Source: Sandaracinaceae bacterium | GTDB lineage: Bacteria; Myxococcota_A; Polyangia; Polyangiales; Sandaracinaceae | Reading direction: 5' to 3' | Assembly: GCA_044220955.1 (NCBI GenBank) | Contig: JBGAQA010000052.1 | Location: 1-46,266 of the forward strand | DNA: 46,266 bases | Shown here: piece by piece, positions 35,182 through 43,597 of the stretch | How the letters are laid out: every line of letters begins with the position of its first letter | How positions within the stretch are numbered: position 1 is the first letter of the stretch | Position numbers and translations under genes: made by a program | Notes under the pieces: generated by a model | What the model was told of the DNA's origin: nothing | Database searches by the model: none | Seen by the model: the letters and a program-made list of their open reading frames with translations, nothing else

Positions 35182-37506
35182 ATGACCGTCATCCCGCTGC
35201 ATCCGCGCGCCGGCTCTCCTCTCTCGGTCGTTCCCCCCTCGCGCTCCTCGAGCGGAGGGACCCTGGCTCGCGCGCCGAGCACGCCGGGGACCGAGACCCC
35301 GCCGAGCGCCATCCCGCCCTGGCTCTCGTCCCTGGAGACGCTGCTCTACGGTTCGACGACGCTCGGCGCCGAGCTGCCGGGGCTGGCCGACCTGGTGGGC
35401 GCGCTCCTCGCGCTCGCCGACGCGCAGCGCTCGAAGGTGCTGCTGCCGCTCCCGGGCCTCCCCGCCGAGGTCGCGATCGTCCGCCGCGGCGCGAGCGCGC
35501 TCGTGAGCCTCTACCACACCGACGCCTCACCCGAAGTGCTGGTGATCGACCGGCGGGTGCCGCTGCGCGCGCTGCTCGACGCGGCCGTGCTCGCGCTCGA
35601 GCACGAGCTCACGGCGGAGACGGAACCACGCGCCTGCGCGATCGGAGCGCGACTCGTCGCGCGCGCCGGCGAGTGCGAGATCGCCCCCGCCGCGGACACG
35701 GGCCTCTCGGCCACGCGCCGGGCGGGGGGCGCGCAGGAAGACCCGGGCGATCGGCACCCCCTGGCGTTCGGCTTCGAGGCCGCCATCTTCGCGACCGAGG
35801 GGGGCGTCCAGGGCGCGGTCTCGCACGCCGACGTGCACGCGATGCTCTTCGGCGGGCAGCTCTGGGCCTGGGTGCGCGGCCGCAAGATCCCGCTCGCGCG
35901 CGGGCCGATCCTGCTGGTCGTGCAGCGGATGATCAGCGCGGTCCGCGCGCTCGCCGACGCCGCGGACGAGGGCCGTGCGCTGCACGTGCGCCTCCGCAGC
36001 GGGGCCTTCGTCATCGCGGTGCGCCGCGAGAAGAGCGGCGAGGTCGCGCTCACGCTCGGCAGCGACGACGAGGGCGTCGTCACGATCCCCGCGCTCGACG
36101 ATCGGCGCGCGAGCCTGCCGATCCTGCGCCTGGCCGCGGACCTGCTGCGCGCGCTCGTCTCGGTCGATCGCGCACAGGCGCGCAACCTCCGCGTCCGCAG
36201 CCTCAAGTCCGAGGTCCGGCGCCTGCGCCGTGCGATCGCGTCCGCCCCGCCGCCGAGCTTCGTGAACGAGGACCCGGACCGCCTTCGCTCGGCACCCGCG
36301 CGCGAGCGCACGGGCCCCGGCACCACGAGCGCGCCGGCCCCTCACCTTCGGTTCACCTCTCGCTGGACGGTCGCGCTCGACGGGCTCGACGCCCCGAGCA
36401 CGTTCCTCTGCGGAGACCGGCTCGTCGTCGCGACCGAGCGGCGCGTCGTCGCGCTCGATCGGGACCGCGGCGAGGTGCTCTGGCAGCACGAGGCGCCGGC
36501 GGCCGGCGCGTTCCTGGCGGGCACCAACGTGGTGCGCGTGCGGAGCGACGGCGTGGTCGAGATGCGCGAGGTGCACACGGGCGAGGTGGTCCTGCGGACC
36601 AAGCTCTCGCCCCGGATGAGCGGCGCGCCCCTCGGCCTCTACGCAGGCCAGGGGTCGGTCCCGCCGACCGCGATCGTGTGCGAGGGACGCGATCGGCTCG
36701 CGGCGATCGATCTGCGCACGGGCGAGCTGCGCTGGCGCTTCGTGAGCCGCGGGGCCGGGGCGTTCCGCCTGCGTCGGGAGGGACGCGTCCTCTTGGTCGT
36801 CGGCGGCGATCCGACGGTGCACGCGATCGACGTGGTGACGGGCGAGGTGTGCTGGCGCTGGGTCGGCTCCGGCCGCCACTGCCTCACCCCGCTCGCGATC
36901 GGCGAGACGGCGATCGCCGTGAGCGGCGAGCCGGGCCGGGGCGAGGCGACGCTCGTCGGGCTCGACCTGTTCAGCGGGGCGCCGAGGTACACGGTCGCCC
37001 TCGGCGCGCCGATCGCGGCCGCGCCGATCGCGGCCAACGGCCGCGTGCTCGTCGCGACGACGGGCCCACGCCGCGGTGCTCTCTCGCTCTTCGACGCCGA
37101 GAGCGGCGAGTCGCAGTTCACGGTGGCCGATCCCGGGGTAGGCGCGGGCGGCGGTGTGCTCGCCCTCGACCGGGCGCTGCTCGTGAACGCGCCCGACGGC
37201 AAGCTCAGCGCGCTCGACGTCGCGACGGGCGCGACGCGCTGGGCGACGACGCTGGCGAGCTCGGTGTCGGACGACGTGCCGCGGAGGCTGACGCCGGTGC
37301 TGCGCAGCGGCGCGCTCTTCGTGCCCCAGGCGACCGTGCACGTGGTCCGCCCGAGCGACGGCAAGCCGATCGGCGTCCCGCTCCCGAGCGACCTGGTGCC
37401 GGATGCGATGCTCGTGGACGAGCGCGGCTGGGTGTTCGTGGGCGAGGAGAGCGGCCACATCGCCGCGCTCGCCCCCGAGGCGCGCCTCGTCCTCGTGAAG
37501 GGCTGA
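35182..37506 (+). CDS. PQQ-like beta-propeller repeat protein with large unassigned N-terminal region
   Basis: Repeated ALDxxxGExxW motifs (ALDRDRGEVLW, AIDLRTGELRW, AIDVVTGEVCW, ALDVATGATRW); no signal peptide. Exact start uncertain. Confidence 0.85.
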   Translation: MTVIPLHPRAGSPLSVVPPSRSSSGGTLARAPSTPGTETPPSAIPPWLSSLETLLYGSTTLGAELPGLADLVGALLALADAQRSKVLLPLPGLPAEVAIVRRGASALVSLYHTDASPEVLVIDRRVPLRALLDAAVLALEHELTAETEPRACAIGARLVARAGECEIAPAADTGLSATRRAGGAQEDPGDRHPLAFGFEAAIFATEGGVQGAVSHADVHAMLFGGQLWAWVRGRKIPLARGPILLVVQRMISAVRALADAADEGRALHVRLRSGAFVIAVRREKSGEVALTLGSDDEGVVTIPALDDRRASLPILRLAADLLRALVSVDRAQARNLRVRSLKSEVRRLRRAIASAPPPSFVNEDPDRLRSAPARERTGPGTTSAPAPHLRFTSRWTVALDGLDAPSTFLCGDRLVVATERRVVALDRDRGEVLWQHEAPAAGAFLAGTNVVRVRSDGVVEMREVHTGEVVLRTKLSPRMSGAPLGLYAGQGSVPPTAIVCEGRDRLAAIDLRTGELRWRFVSRGAGAFRLRREGRVLLVVGGDPTVHAIDVVTGEVCWRWVGSGRHCLTPLAIGETAIAVSGEPGRGEATLVGLDLFSGAPRYTVALGAPIAAAPIAANGRVLVATTGPRRGALSLFDAESGESQFTVADPGVGAGGGVLALDRALLVNAPDGKLSALDVATGATRWATTLASSVSDDVPRRLTPVLRSGALFVPQATVHVVRPSDGKPIGVPLPSDLVPDAMLVDERGWVFVGEESGHIAALAPEARLVLVKG

Positions 37507-37511
37507 CCCCG

Positions 37512-37862
37512 ATGACGCGCGAGCTCGTCCGCGGGCTCGTGGCGGCGGGGATCGTGCTGCTGCTGATGATCCTGGGGGTCCGCACGATGGTGGAGCGGAT
37601 GCACGAGCACGCGCGCGCGACGCGGGAGGGCGACACCTCGCCCCGGCCCGCGCCCTCGCCCGCGCCCTCGACCTCGCCCTCGACCTCGCCCTCGACCTCG
37701 CCCTCGACCTCGCCCTCGCCCTCGCCCTCGCCCTCGCCCTCGCCCTCGACCTCGACCTTCGCGCGGCCGGGCTGTCTGACGCGATCTGCGCGGCGCGTTG
37801 CGCCAGCGATGTCTCCTGTTGCGGGCTGCGCCCGCGGCTCGCCCTCGCCCCTCAGGGCGTGA
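37512..37862 (+). CDS. small membrane-anchored protein with Pro/Ser/Thr-rich repeat
   Basis: MTRELVRGLVAAGIVLLLMILGV TM segment followed by (PSTS)n(PS)n; starts 5 bp after the upstream stop. Confidence 0.55.
   Translation: MTRELVRGLVAAGIVLLLMILGVRTMVERMHEHARATREGDTSPRPAPSPAPSTSPSTSPSTSPSTSPSPSPSPSPSPSTSTFARPGCLTRSARRVAPAMSPVAGCARGSPSPLRA
37665..37754 (+). repeat. tandem array of 15 hexamers (CCCTCG/ACCTCG)
   Basis: Read directly: (CCCTCG ACCTCG)4 (CCCTCG)6 ACCTCG. Confidence 0.9.
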
Positions 37863-38832
37863 TCGGCGCCGCCTGTGGGCGTGGATGCCAGACGCTGCTG
37901 ACCGTCAGCGCCGCGCCCGCGAGGAAGAACTGGCAGAGCCGCGCGATGAGCGCGATGCCGATCGCGCGCGCGGGCGCATGCTCGAGGCCGAGCGCCGGCG
38001 CGAAGAGGCGATACGCGCCCTCCGTGATACCCACCTGGTTGGGGACCATGTCCCCGAGGCCCGCGCCGACGAGGTGGATGCCCTGCGAGACGAGCGCCGA
38101 GACGGGCGTCAGGCGCCCGCCGACGGCGAGCAGGATGACGCCGTACTGCACCGCCTGGAACACGCGGCCGAGGAACGTGAGCGCGATCGGCCTCGCCCAC
38201 GCGACCTCCTCCTTCAGCGCTTCGTCGAACACCTCGCCGTGCGACGCGAGCGCCCGCACCCGCTTGCCGAGGAAGCTCCCGACCGACGAGCGGCGCGAGG
38301 CGAACACGATCGCGCCGCCGAGCAGCCCGGTGACGACGCCGTTGCCGAGCACCATCCACGCGAGCGGCGTCCCGAAGTCGACCGCCATCGCCACCGCGAT
38401 CCAGGCCGGCAGCGAGATGAGCGTGTTGCCCGTCAAGGTCGCTGCCTGCAGGCGCGTCGCGAGCGCGGCCGCGTGCGAGGCCCCGACGTGGGGGGCCAGC
38501 CCCGCCGCGCGCGCGACCTCACCGCCGGCGCGCCCGGCCGGCAGCAGGATCATCACGCCGTACGCGACGAGCGCGGTCCGCAGCCACACCAGCACCGGCA
38601 CGCTCGCACCGCGCTCGCCGAGGAACGAGCGCAGCGCGAGCACGTCCATCGACATGAACGCGATCTCCAGCGCGAGCACGACCGGCAAGTACACGGCCGA
38701 GTCGAGGAGCGTGCGCAGCACCTGATCGGGCCCGGCCTCCTCGACGAGCGCGACCACCGCCGCGACGCCGAACGCGAACAGCAGCGCCTTGCCGACGTTC
38801 TTCAGAACGCGGTTCCGCCGCTCGCTCCCCAT
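37852..38832 (-). CDS. lysylphosphatidylglycerol synthase TM-domain (flippase-like, YbhN/UPF0104) membrane protein
   Basis: About 8 TM helices; LPAGRAGGEVARA, VPNQVGITEGA, IALIARL. Start could be 38832 (ATG) or slightly upstream. Confidence 0.85.
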   Translation of the reverse strand: MGSERRNRVLKNVGKALLFAFGVAAVVALVEEAGPDQVLRTLLDSAVYLPVVLALEIAFMSMDVLALRSFLGERGASVPVLVWLRTALVAYGVMILLPAGRAGGEVARAAGLAPHVGASHAAALATRLQAATLTGNTLISLPAWIAVAMAVDFGTPLAWMVLGNGVVTGLLGGAIVFASRRSSVGSFLGKRVRALASHGEVFDEALKEEVAWARPIALTFLGRVFQAVQYGVILLAVGGRLTPVSALVSQGIHLVGAGLGDMVPNQVGITEGAYRLFAPALGLEHAPARAIGIALIARLCQFFLAGAALTVSSVWHPRPQAAPITP

Positions 38833-38973
38833 CGGCGCAGGTGCTGCTTCCGCCACGATCGCCCGCGGATTTAGCACGTCGCGCACCGGCGACGAGGGGA
38901 CCGCGCGGCACCGCGAGCCGCGTCATTCCAGGCCCGGCGCGCAAGCGATCACGCGAGAGCTCGGGCGGGTGAT

Positions 38974-39060
38974 CCGCGTGGTTCTCCGCGCATCTCGGGA
39001 GACGCGCTCGGACATCCGGCCGATCCGATGTCGAGATCCGCGGTCGGCTCACCGTGGATC
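38974..39060 (-). repeat. 87-bp dispersed intergenic repeat, copy 2 (inverted relative to copy 1)
   Basis: Reverse complement aligns to 18902-18988. Confidence 0.85.
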
Positions 39061-39077
39061 CGGACGCTCGCGTCCGC

Positions 39078-39578
39078 TCACACCAGGCGCAGCGCCAGAT
39101 ACACGCTGTCGCACCACTCGCCGTCGACGCGCCACGTCCGCGCCGCGCGGCTCGTCTCCACGAAGCCCAGGCGCGCGAGCAGCCCGAGCGACGCCGCGTT
39201 CCGCGGATCCACGTCGGCCCGCAGCGCGTCCATCTCGGGATGCACGCGCCGCACGTGGGCGATGACGGCGCTCGCCGCCTCTCGCATGAGCCCGCGGCCC
39301 CAGAGGTCGCGCCGCAGCACGAAGCCGATCTCGGGAAGCCGGAAGAACCCCACCTTCCCGACGACCACGCCCTGGTGCTCGATCACGAAGTCCTCGCTGC
39401 GGTCCGGCGGGGAGTCCATCATCGAGGCCAGCCAGTCGCGCGTCTCGTCGACCGACGTGTGCGCGGGGCTCGACCAGTAGCGCAGCGTCTCCGGATCGGA
39501 GAGCACGGCGTGCAGGTCCATCAGATCACCCGGCGCGGCGCGGCGCAGCACCAGCCGTTCCGTCCTGATGCGCGTCAC
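39078..39578 (-). CDS. GNAT family N-acetyltransferase (RimJ/RimL type)
   Basis: IRTERLVLR, EIGFVLRRDLWGRGLMREA, ADVDPRNAASLGLLARLGF. Confidence 0.92.
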   Translation of the reverse strand: MTRIRTERLVLRRAAPGDLMDLHAVLSDPETLRYWSSPAHTSVDETRDWLASMMDSPPDRSEDFVIEHQGVVVGKVGFFRLPEIGFVLRRDLWGRGLMREAASAVIAHVRRVHPEMDALRADVDPRNAASLGLLARLGFVETSRAARTWRVDGEWCDSVYLALRLV

Positions 39579-39628
39579 CTTACCCGCATCGTATCAGCGG
39601 GGCGGCGTGGGCCTCGACCCAAGGCGGG

Positions 39629-41095
39629 TCACTGCCCCGCGCGCCGGCGCCGTCCACCGACGAGCACGTCGAGCGCCCGCAGGACGGCCGCGCGCGGCAG
39701 CTGCATCAGCGTGGGCGAGAGATCCAGCCGGCTCTGATGGAACACCCCCTTCCCGTGCGAGAACGTGTCGAAGCCGTACTGGCCGTGATAGCGGCCCATG
39801 CCGCTCGCGCCGACTCCGCCGAAAGGCAGCGCGTCCTGCGCGAAGTGCATGATCGTGTCGTTGACGCACACGCCGCCCGAGACGGTCGTGCGCAGCACCT
39901 GGTCGATGCGGGCTGGGTCGTCGTCGAAGTAGTAGAGCGCGAGCGGTCGCGGCCGATCGCGGACGTAGTCGAGCGCCTGCTCGATGGTGTCGTAGGGGAC
40001 GAGCGGCAGGATCGGTCCGAAGATCTCCTCCTGCATCACGCGCATCGAGTCGCTCACGCCGAGGACGAGCACCGGGGTCATGCGCCGTGACGACCGGTCG
40101 AGCTCCGTCGTCGGTACGATCGTGGCGCCCTTGCGCCGGGCGTCCTCGAGCAGCTCGAGCATCCGATCGAGCGCGCGCGCGTGCACGAGCGAGGTGAGCT
40201 CGTCCCCGACGGCGCGGACCGCGGCGGTGAAGACCGACGTGAAGAGCTCCTCCCGCCCGCGCGGCACGAGCACGTAGTCGGGCGCGATGCAGGTCTGGCC
40301 GGCGTTGAGCACCTTGCCGGCGGCGACGCGCTCGGCGAAGCGCGCGATGTCGTACGAGGGATGCACGATCGCGGGCGACTTCCCGCCCAGCTCGAGCGTG
40401 ACGGGGACGAGGTTCTCCGCGGCCGCGCGCGCGACGAGCTTGCCGACGGCGGTCGACCCCGTGAAGAGGAGGTGGTCGAGGGGGAGCTCGGCCACGGCGC
40501 GCGCGACGTCGGCGCCGCCCTTCACGACCCCGACGACGTCGGCCGGCACCGCCTCCGCGACGAGGCGCTCGATCAGATCGGCCGCGCGTGGGGTGATCTC
40601 GCTCGGCTTGAGGATGACGCGGTTGCCCGCCGCCAGCGCTGCGCCGAGGGGCGCCAGGGCGAGGTTCACCGGGTAGTTCCAGGGCGCGATGACGCCGACC
40701 ACGCCGAGCGGCTGCGGCTCGACGAACGCGCGGCTCGGTCGCATGTACCACTGGGGCGCCACCTCGCGGCGCGCGGCCCACGCACGCAGGTTCTCGCGGG
40801 CGTGCCGGAGCGACTGCACCGTGGTGAGCACGTCCGCGGTGAGCGTCTCGATCGTGGCGCGCGCGCCGAAGTCCTCGCGGACCGCAGCCACGATGGTGTC
40901 GCGCTCGCGCTGGAGCGCAGACACCAGCCGGTCGAGCCAGGCCTCGCGCGCGTCGAGCGAGACGTAGGGCTCCCGGCGAGCGGCCGCCCGCAGGCGCGCG
41001 TACGTCTGCTGCACGGGGCGGCGCGGGTCCCCGCGCGTGACGTCGTCGACGGCGGCGGCGCCATCCCGCGGGGCGAGCGCTGGTTGCATGGTCAT
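39629..41095 (-). CDS. aldehyde dehydrogenase (coniferyl-aldehyde/ALDH3 fatty-aldehyde type)
   Basis: QPLGVVGVIAPWNYP, LKPSE, FTGSTAVG, LELGGKSP, NAGQTCIAPDY, EEIFGPILP, PFGGVGASGMGRYHG; GAGGAGG SD before ATG 41095. Confidence 0.93.
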   Translation of the reverse strand: MTMQPALAPRDGAAAVDDVTRGDPRRPVQQTYARLRAAARREPYVSLDAREAWLDRLVSALQRERDTIVAAVREDFGARATIETLTADVLTTVQSLRHARENLRAWAARREVAPQWYMRPSRAFVEPQPLGVVGVIAPWNYPVNLALAPLGAALAAGNRVILKPSEITPRAADLIERLVAEAVPADVVGVVKGGADVARAVAELPLDHLLFTGSTAVGKLVARAAAENLVPVTLELGGKSPAIVHPSYDIARFAERVAAGKVLNAGQTCIAPDYVLVPRGREELFTSVFTAAVRAVGDELTSLVHARALDRMLELLEDARRKGATIVPTTELDRSSRRMTPVLVLGVSDSMRVMQEEIFGPILPLVPYDTIEQALDYVRDRPRPLALYYFDDDPARIDQVLRTTVSGGVCVNDTIMHFAQDALPFGGVGASGMGRYHGQYGFDTFSHGKGVFHQSRLDLSPTLMQLPRAAVLRALDVLVGGRRRRAGQ

Positions 41096-41118
41096 CTCGG
41101 GGCCTCCTCGGAGAGACG

Positions 41119-41131
41119 GTGGTCCGACCAC
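41119..41131. promoter_or_regulatory. FadR/GntR-family operator 1: GTGGTC-C-GACCAC
   Basis: Perfect dyad matching TGGTCnGACCA, 23 bp upstream of the ALDH start. Confidence 0.8.
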
Positions 41132-41218
41132 CCGGTCTGCTTCGTCCTCCCAGTCCTGGCCCGCGGCGCCGGCTCGTCGCTTGCGCCACGTCAACTCCGC
41201 GCGACCGGGCGAGGCCAG

Positions 41219-41232
41219 ACTGGTCGGACCAC
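41219..41232. promoter_or_regulatory. FadR/GntR-family operator 2: ACTGGTC-G-GACCAC
   Basis: Second TGGTCnGACCA dyad immediately upstream of the regulator ATG (41236). Confidence 0.8.
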
Positions 41233-41235
41233 CCC

Positions 41236-41997
41236 ATGAGCTCTCCCCCCTTCGACGCCCCTCCGCCGCTCGAGCGCCGCAAGGTCGGCGAGCAGATCGC
41301 CGACACGCTCCGCGAGCGCATCCTCGGCGGCCTGCTGCACGCCGGCGACTCGCTGCCCTCCGAGCGCGAGCTGGCCCAGACCTACTCGGTCAACCGCTCG
41401 AGCATCCGCGAGGCCCTCCGGCGGCTCGAGGCGCTCGGCCTCGTCGACATCCGCCAGGGCGAGTCGACGCGCGTGCGCGACGTGCTGGCGAGCCTGGATC
41501 TCAACCTGCTGCCGATGCTCTTCGAGGTGCGGCGCACCCCCGACCCGGACCTGCACCGCGAGCTGCACGAGATGCGCGGGATGCTGCTCTCGTGGTGCGC
41601 CGAGCGGGCCGCCGAGAAGGCGGACGCGGCGTCCCTCGCGCGCCTGGAGGCGATCGTGGATCGCATGAGCGCGCCGGGCGTCCGCGCCAAGGAGCTGCAG
41701 GAGCTCGACTTCCAGTTCTTCGAGATGCTGGTGCTCGTGAGCGGCAACCGCCTGCTGGGCCTGTTCACCCGCCTGGTCCGCGAGGTCTACACCCGCGGCC
41801 GCGATCGCTTCGTGGGCATGTACGCGCCGGGCGTGCTCGACATCGCGCACCACCGGCGCGCGCTCGAGGCGATCCGCCGACGCGACGCCGCCGCGGCCGG
41901 CACCGCCATGCGGGCCCACGCCGCCACCGCGCTCGCGACGCTGCGTGACGGCAGCGCACGCCCGACGACCCCCACCGACACCCCGGAGGCGCCATGA
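41236..41997 (+). CDS. GntR/FadR family transcriptional regulator
   Basis: QIADTLRERILGG...LPSERELAQTYSVNRSSIREALRRLEALGLVDIRQG wHTH; FCD-like C-terminus (LD.QFF...SGNR...H). Confidence 0.92.
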   Translation: MSSPPFDAPPPLERRKVGEQIADTLRERILGGLLHAGDSLPSERELAQTYSVNRSSIREALRRLEALGLVDIRQGESTRVRDVLASLDLNLLPMLFEVRRTPDPDLHRELHEMRGMLLSWCAERAAEKADAASLARLEAIVDRMSAPGVRAKELQELDFQFFEMLVLVSGNRLLGLFTRLVREVYTRGRDRFVGMYAPGVLDIAHHRRALEAIRRRDAAAAGTAMRAHAATALATLRDGSARPTTPTDTPEAP

Positions 41998-43034
41998 ACG
42001 TTCGACCCTGGTCCGAGGCCGAGCCTGCCGACAACGCCGTCCGCTTCGCCGCCGGCCGTCGCGGTCACGTCGAGAGCTACTTCCTCCGCGCCAACGATCC
42101 GACGCGCCCGCGAGCGCTCTGGCTCAAGGCGACGATCCTCGCTCCGCTCGAGGGCGCGCCCGTCGCCGAGATCTGGTTCGTCTGGTTCGACGGAGAGTCG
42201 GGCACCACGTTCGGGCACCGCGACACCGTCCCGCTCTCGCAGGCGGCGTTCGACGAGATCGGCGGTGGGATCGGGATCCGCGCAGGGGAGAGCAGGCTGC
42301 GCATCGGACCGAGCGGCAGCGCACGCGGGCGGATGGAGCGCGCGGGCCGGCGGGTCAGCTGGGATCTCGCGTGGACGTCGGGACCGAGCGCGGTCTCGGA
42401 GCGCCTCTCGATCTTCCCGTGGAAGCTGCTGCGCACGGGGCCCTTCCCGAAGTCGAAGCTGCTGACGCCCTTCCCGTCACTCCACTTCTCGGGCGAGGTG
42501 CAGGTCGGCCAGGAGCGCGTCTCGCTCGAGGCCTGGACCGGGATGCAGGGGCACAACTGGGGCAAGGAGCACGCGTTCGAGTACGCGTGGGGACAGTGCC
42601 TGTTCCCGGCGACGGGGAGCGAGCCGGAGGCCATGGTCGAGGGCTTCACCGGCCGGGTGAAGGCGCTCGGCCGCACGACGCCGCGCATGTCCGCGCTGGT
42701 CGTCCGCGAGGGGGCGCGCACGTACCGGTTCGATCGCCTCCTCGACTACTGGACGCAGCGCGCGACGCTCTCCGCGCGCGCCTGGACGGTCCGGCTCGAG
42801 AGCGACGACGGCGTCGCGTCGCTCACGATGGACGCCGGCGACATGCCGCTCGCCTGCCTCGGCTACCGGAACCCCGATGGCCACCTGTCCTACTGCATGA
42901 ACACCAAGCTCGCGCGCGTCTGGCTCCACGTGCAGCCGAAGAGCGGCCCCGCGTTCGCGCGGGAGAGCCTGCACGGCGGTGCGCTGGAGTTCCTGCGGCA
43001 CGAGCCCGACCCTGCCATCCCGGAGGTGATCTGA
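41994..43034 (+). CDS. tocopherol cyclase-like / lipocalin-like beta-barrel protein
   Basis: GHVESYFLRAN...LWLKATI; WDL.W; GMQGHNWGKEHAFEYAWGQC; ATGA overlap with the regulator. Confidence 0.7.
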   Translation: MNVRPWSEAEPADNAVRFAAGRRGHVESYFLRANDPTRPRALWLKATILAPLEGAPVAEIWFVWFDGESGTTFGHRDTVPLSQAAFDEIGGGIGIRAGESRLRIGPSGSARGRMERAGRRVSWDLAWTSGPSAVSERLSIFPWKLLRTGPFPKSKLLTPFPSLHFSGEVQVGQERVSLEAWTGMQGHNWGKEHAFEYAWGQCLFPATGSEPEAMVEGFTGRVKALGRTTPRMSALVVREGARTYRFDRLLDYWTQRATLSARAWTVRLESDDGVASLTMDAGDMPLACLGYRNPDGHLSYCMNTKLARVWLHVQPKSGPAFARESLHGGALEFLRHEPDPAIPEVI

Positions 43035-43597
43035 TGACGACGCGCGCGCCGGAGGTGTCCTTCATCGAGACCATGCGCGGGACGGTCGCGAGCCCGGATG
43101 GCGGAGAGAGTACGCCGATCGAGCTGGAGGTGTACGCCAGCGCCGCGTCGGCCCGCGAGTTCCGTCGCAACGGCTGGGTCGAGCTCCGAGGGCTGGTGCG
43201 TGCGCCACGCTGGAGCGGCGAGGCACCCGCCCACGGCTCGCTCCGGATCACGCCACGCGCGCTCACCTACCAGCTCCGCTTCCGCGACCGGACGGGCGCG
43301 TTGCTCGAGCTCACGGGCATCAAGCACCCGAGCGTGCTCGCGCCGCTGCGCGCGATGACCGAGATGCACGCCGAGGTGCGCGACGCCGACGCGCGCGTGA
43401 TCGCCCAGGGATCGATGCGCTTCGATCTCTCCGAGCTGGCGGAGTTCCTCCTCTCGTGGATCGCCTGGCTCCCCTCGTCGCGGCGGGCCCGCCTCGAGCT
43501 CGACGCGCGACGGCGCGCGAGCGAGCGTAGCTCGCGGCAGGCTCGCCCCGGGCCCGCGGCGCCGGCCCTCGGGACGCTCGATCGGAGCGCGTCGTGA
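43034..43597 (+). CDS. hypothetical protein (resembles beta-rich accessory domain associated with GMC/cholesterol oxidases)
   Basis: TGATG coupling; VSFIETMRG...G.LRI...LTYQLRF...LELTGIK...GSMRF...FLLS. Confidence 0.65.
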   Translation: MTTRAPEVSFIETMRGTVASPDGGESTPIELEVYASAASAREFRRNGWVELRGLVRAPRWSGEAPAHGSLRITPRALTYQLRFRDRTGALLELTGIKHPSVLAPLRAMTEMHAEVRDADARVIAQGSMRFDLSELAEFLLSWIAWLPSSRRARLELDARRRASERSSRQARPGPAAPALGTLDRSAS

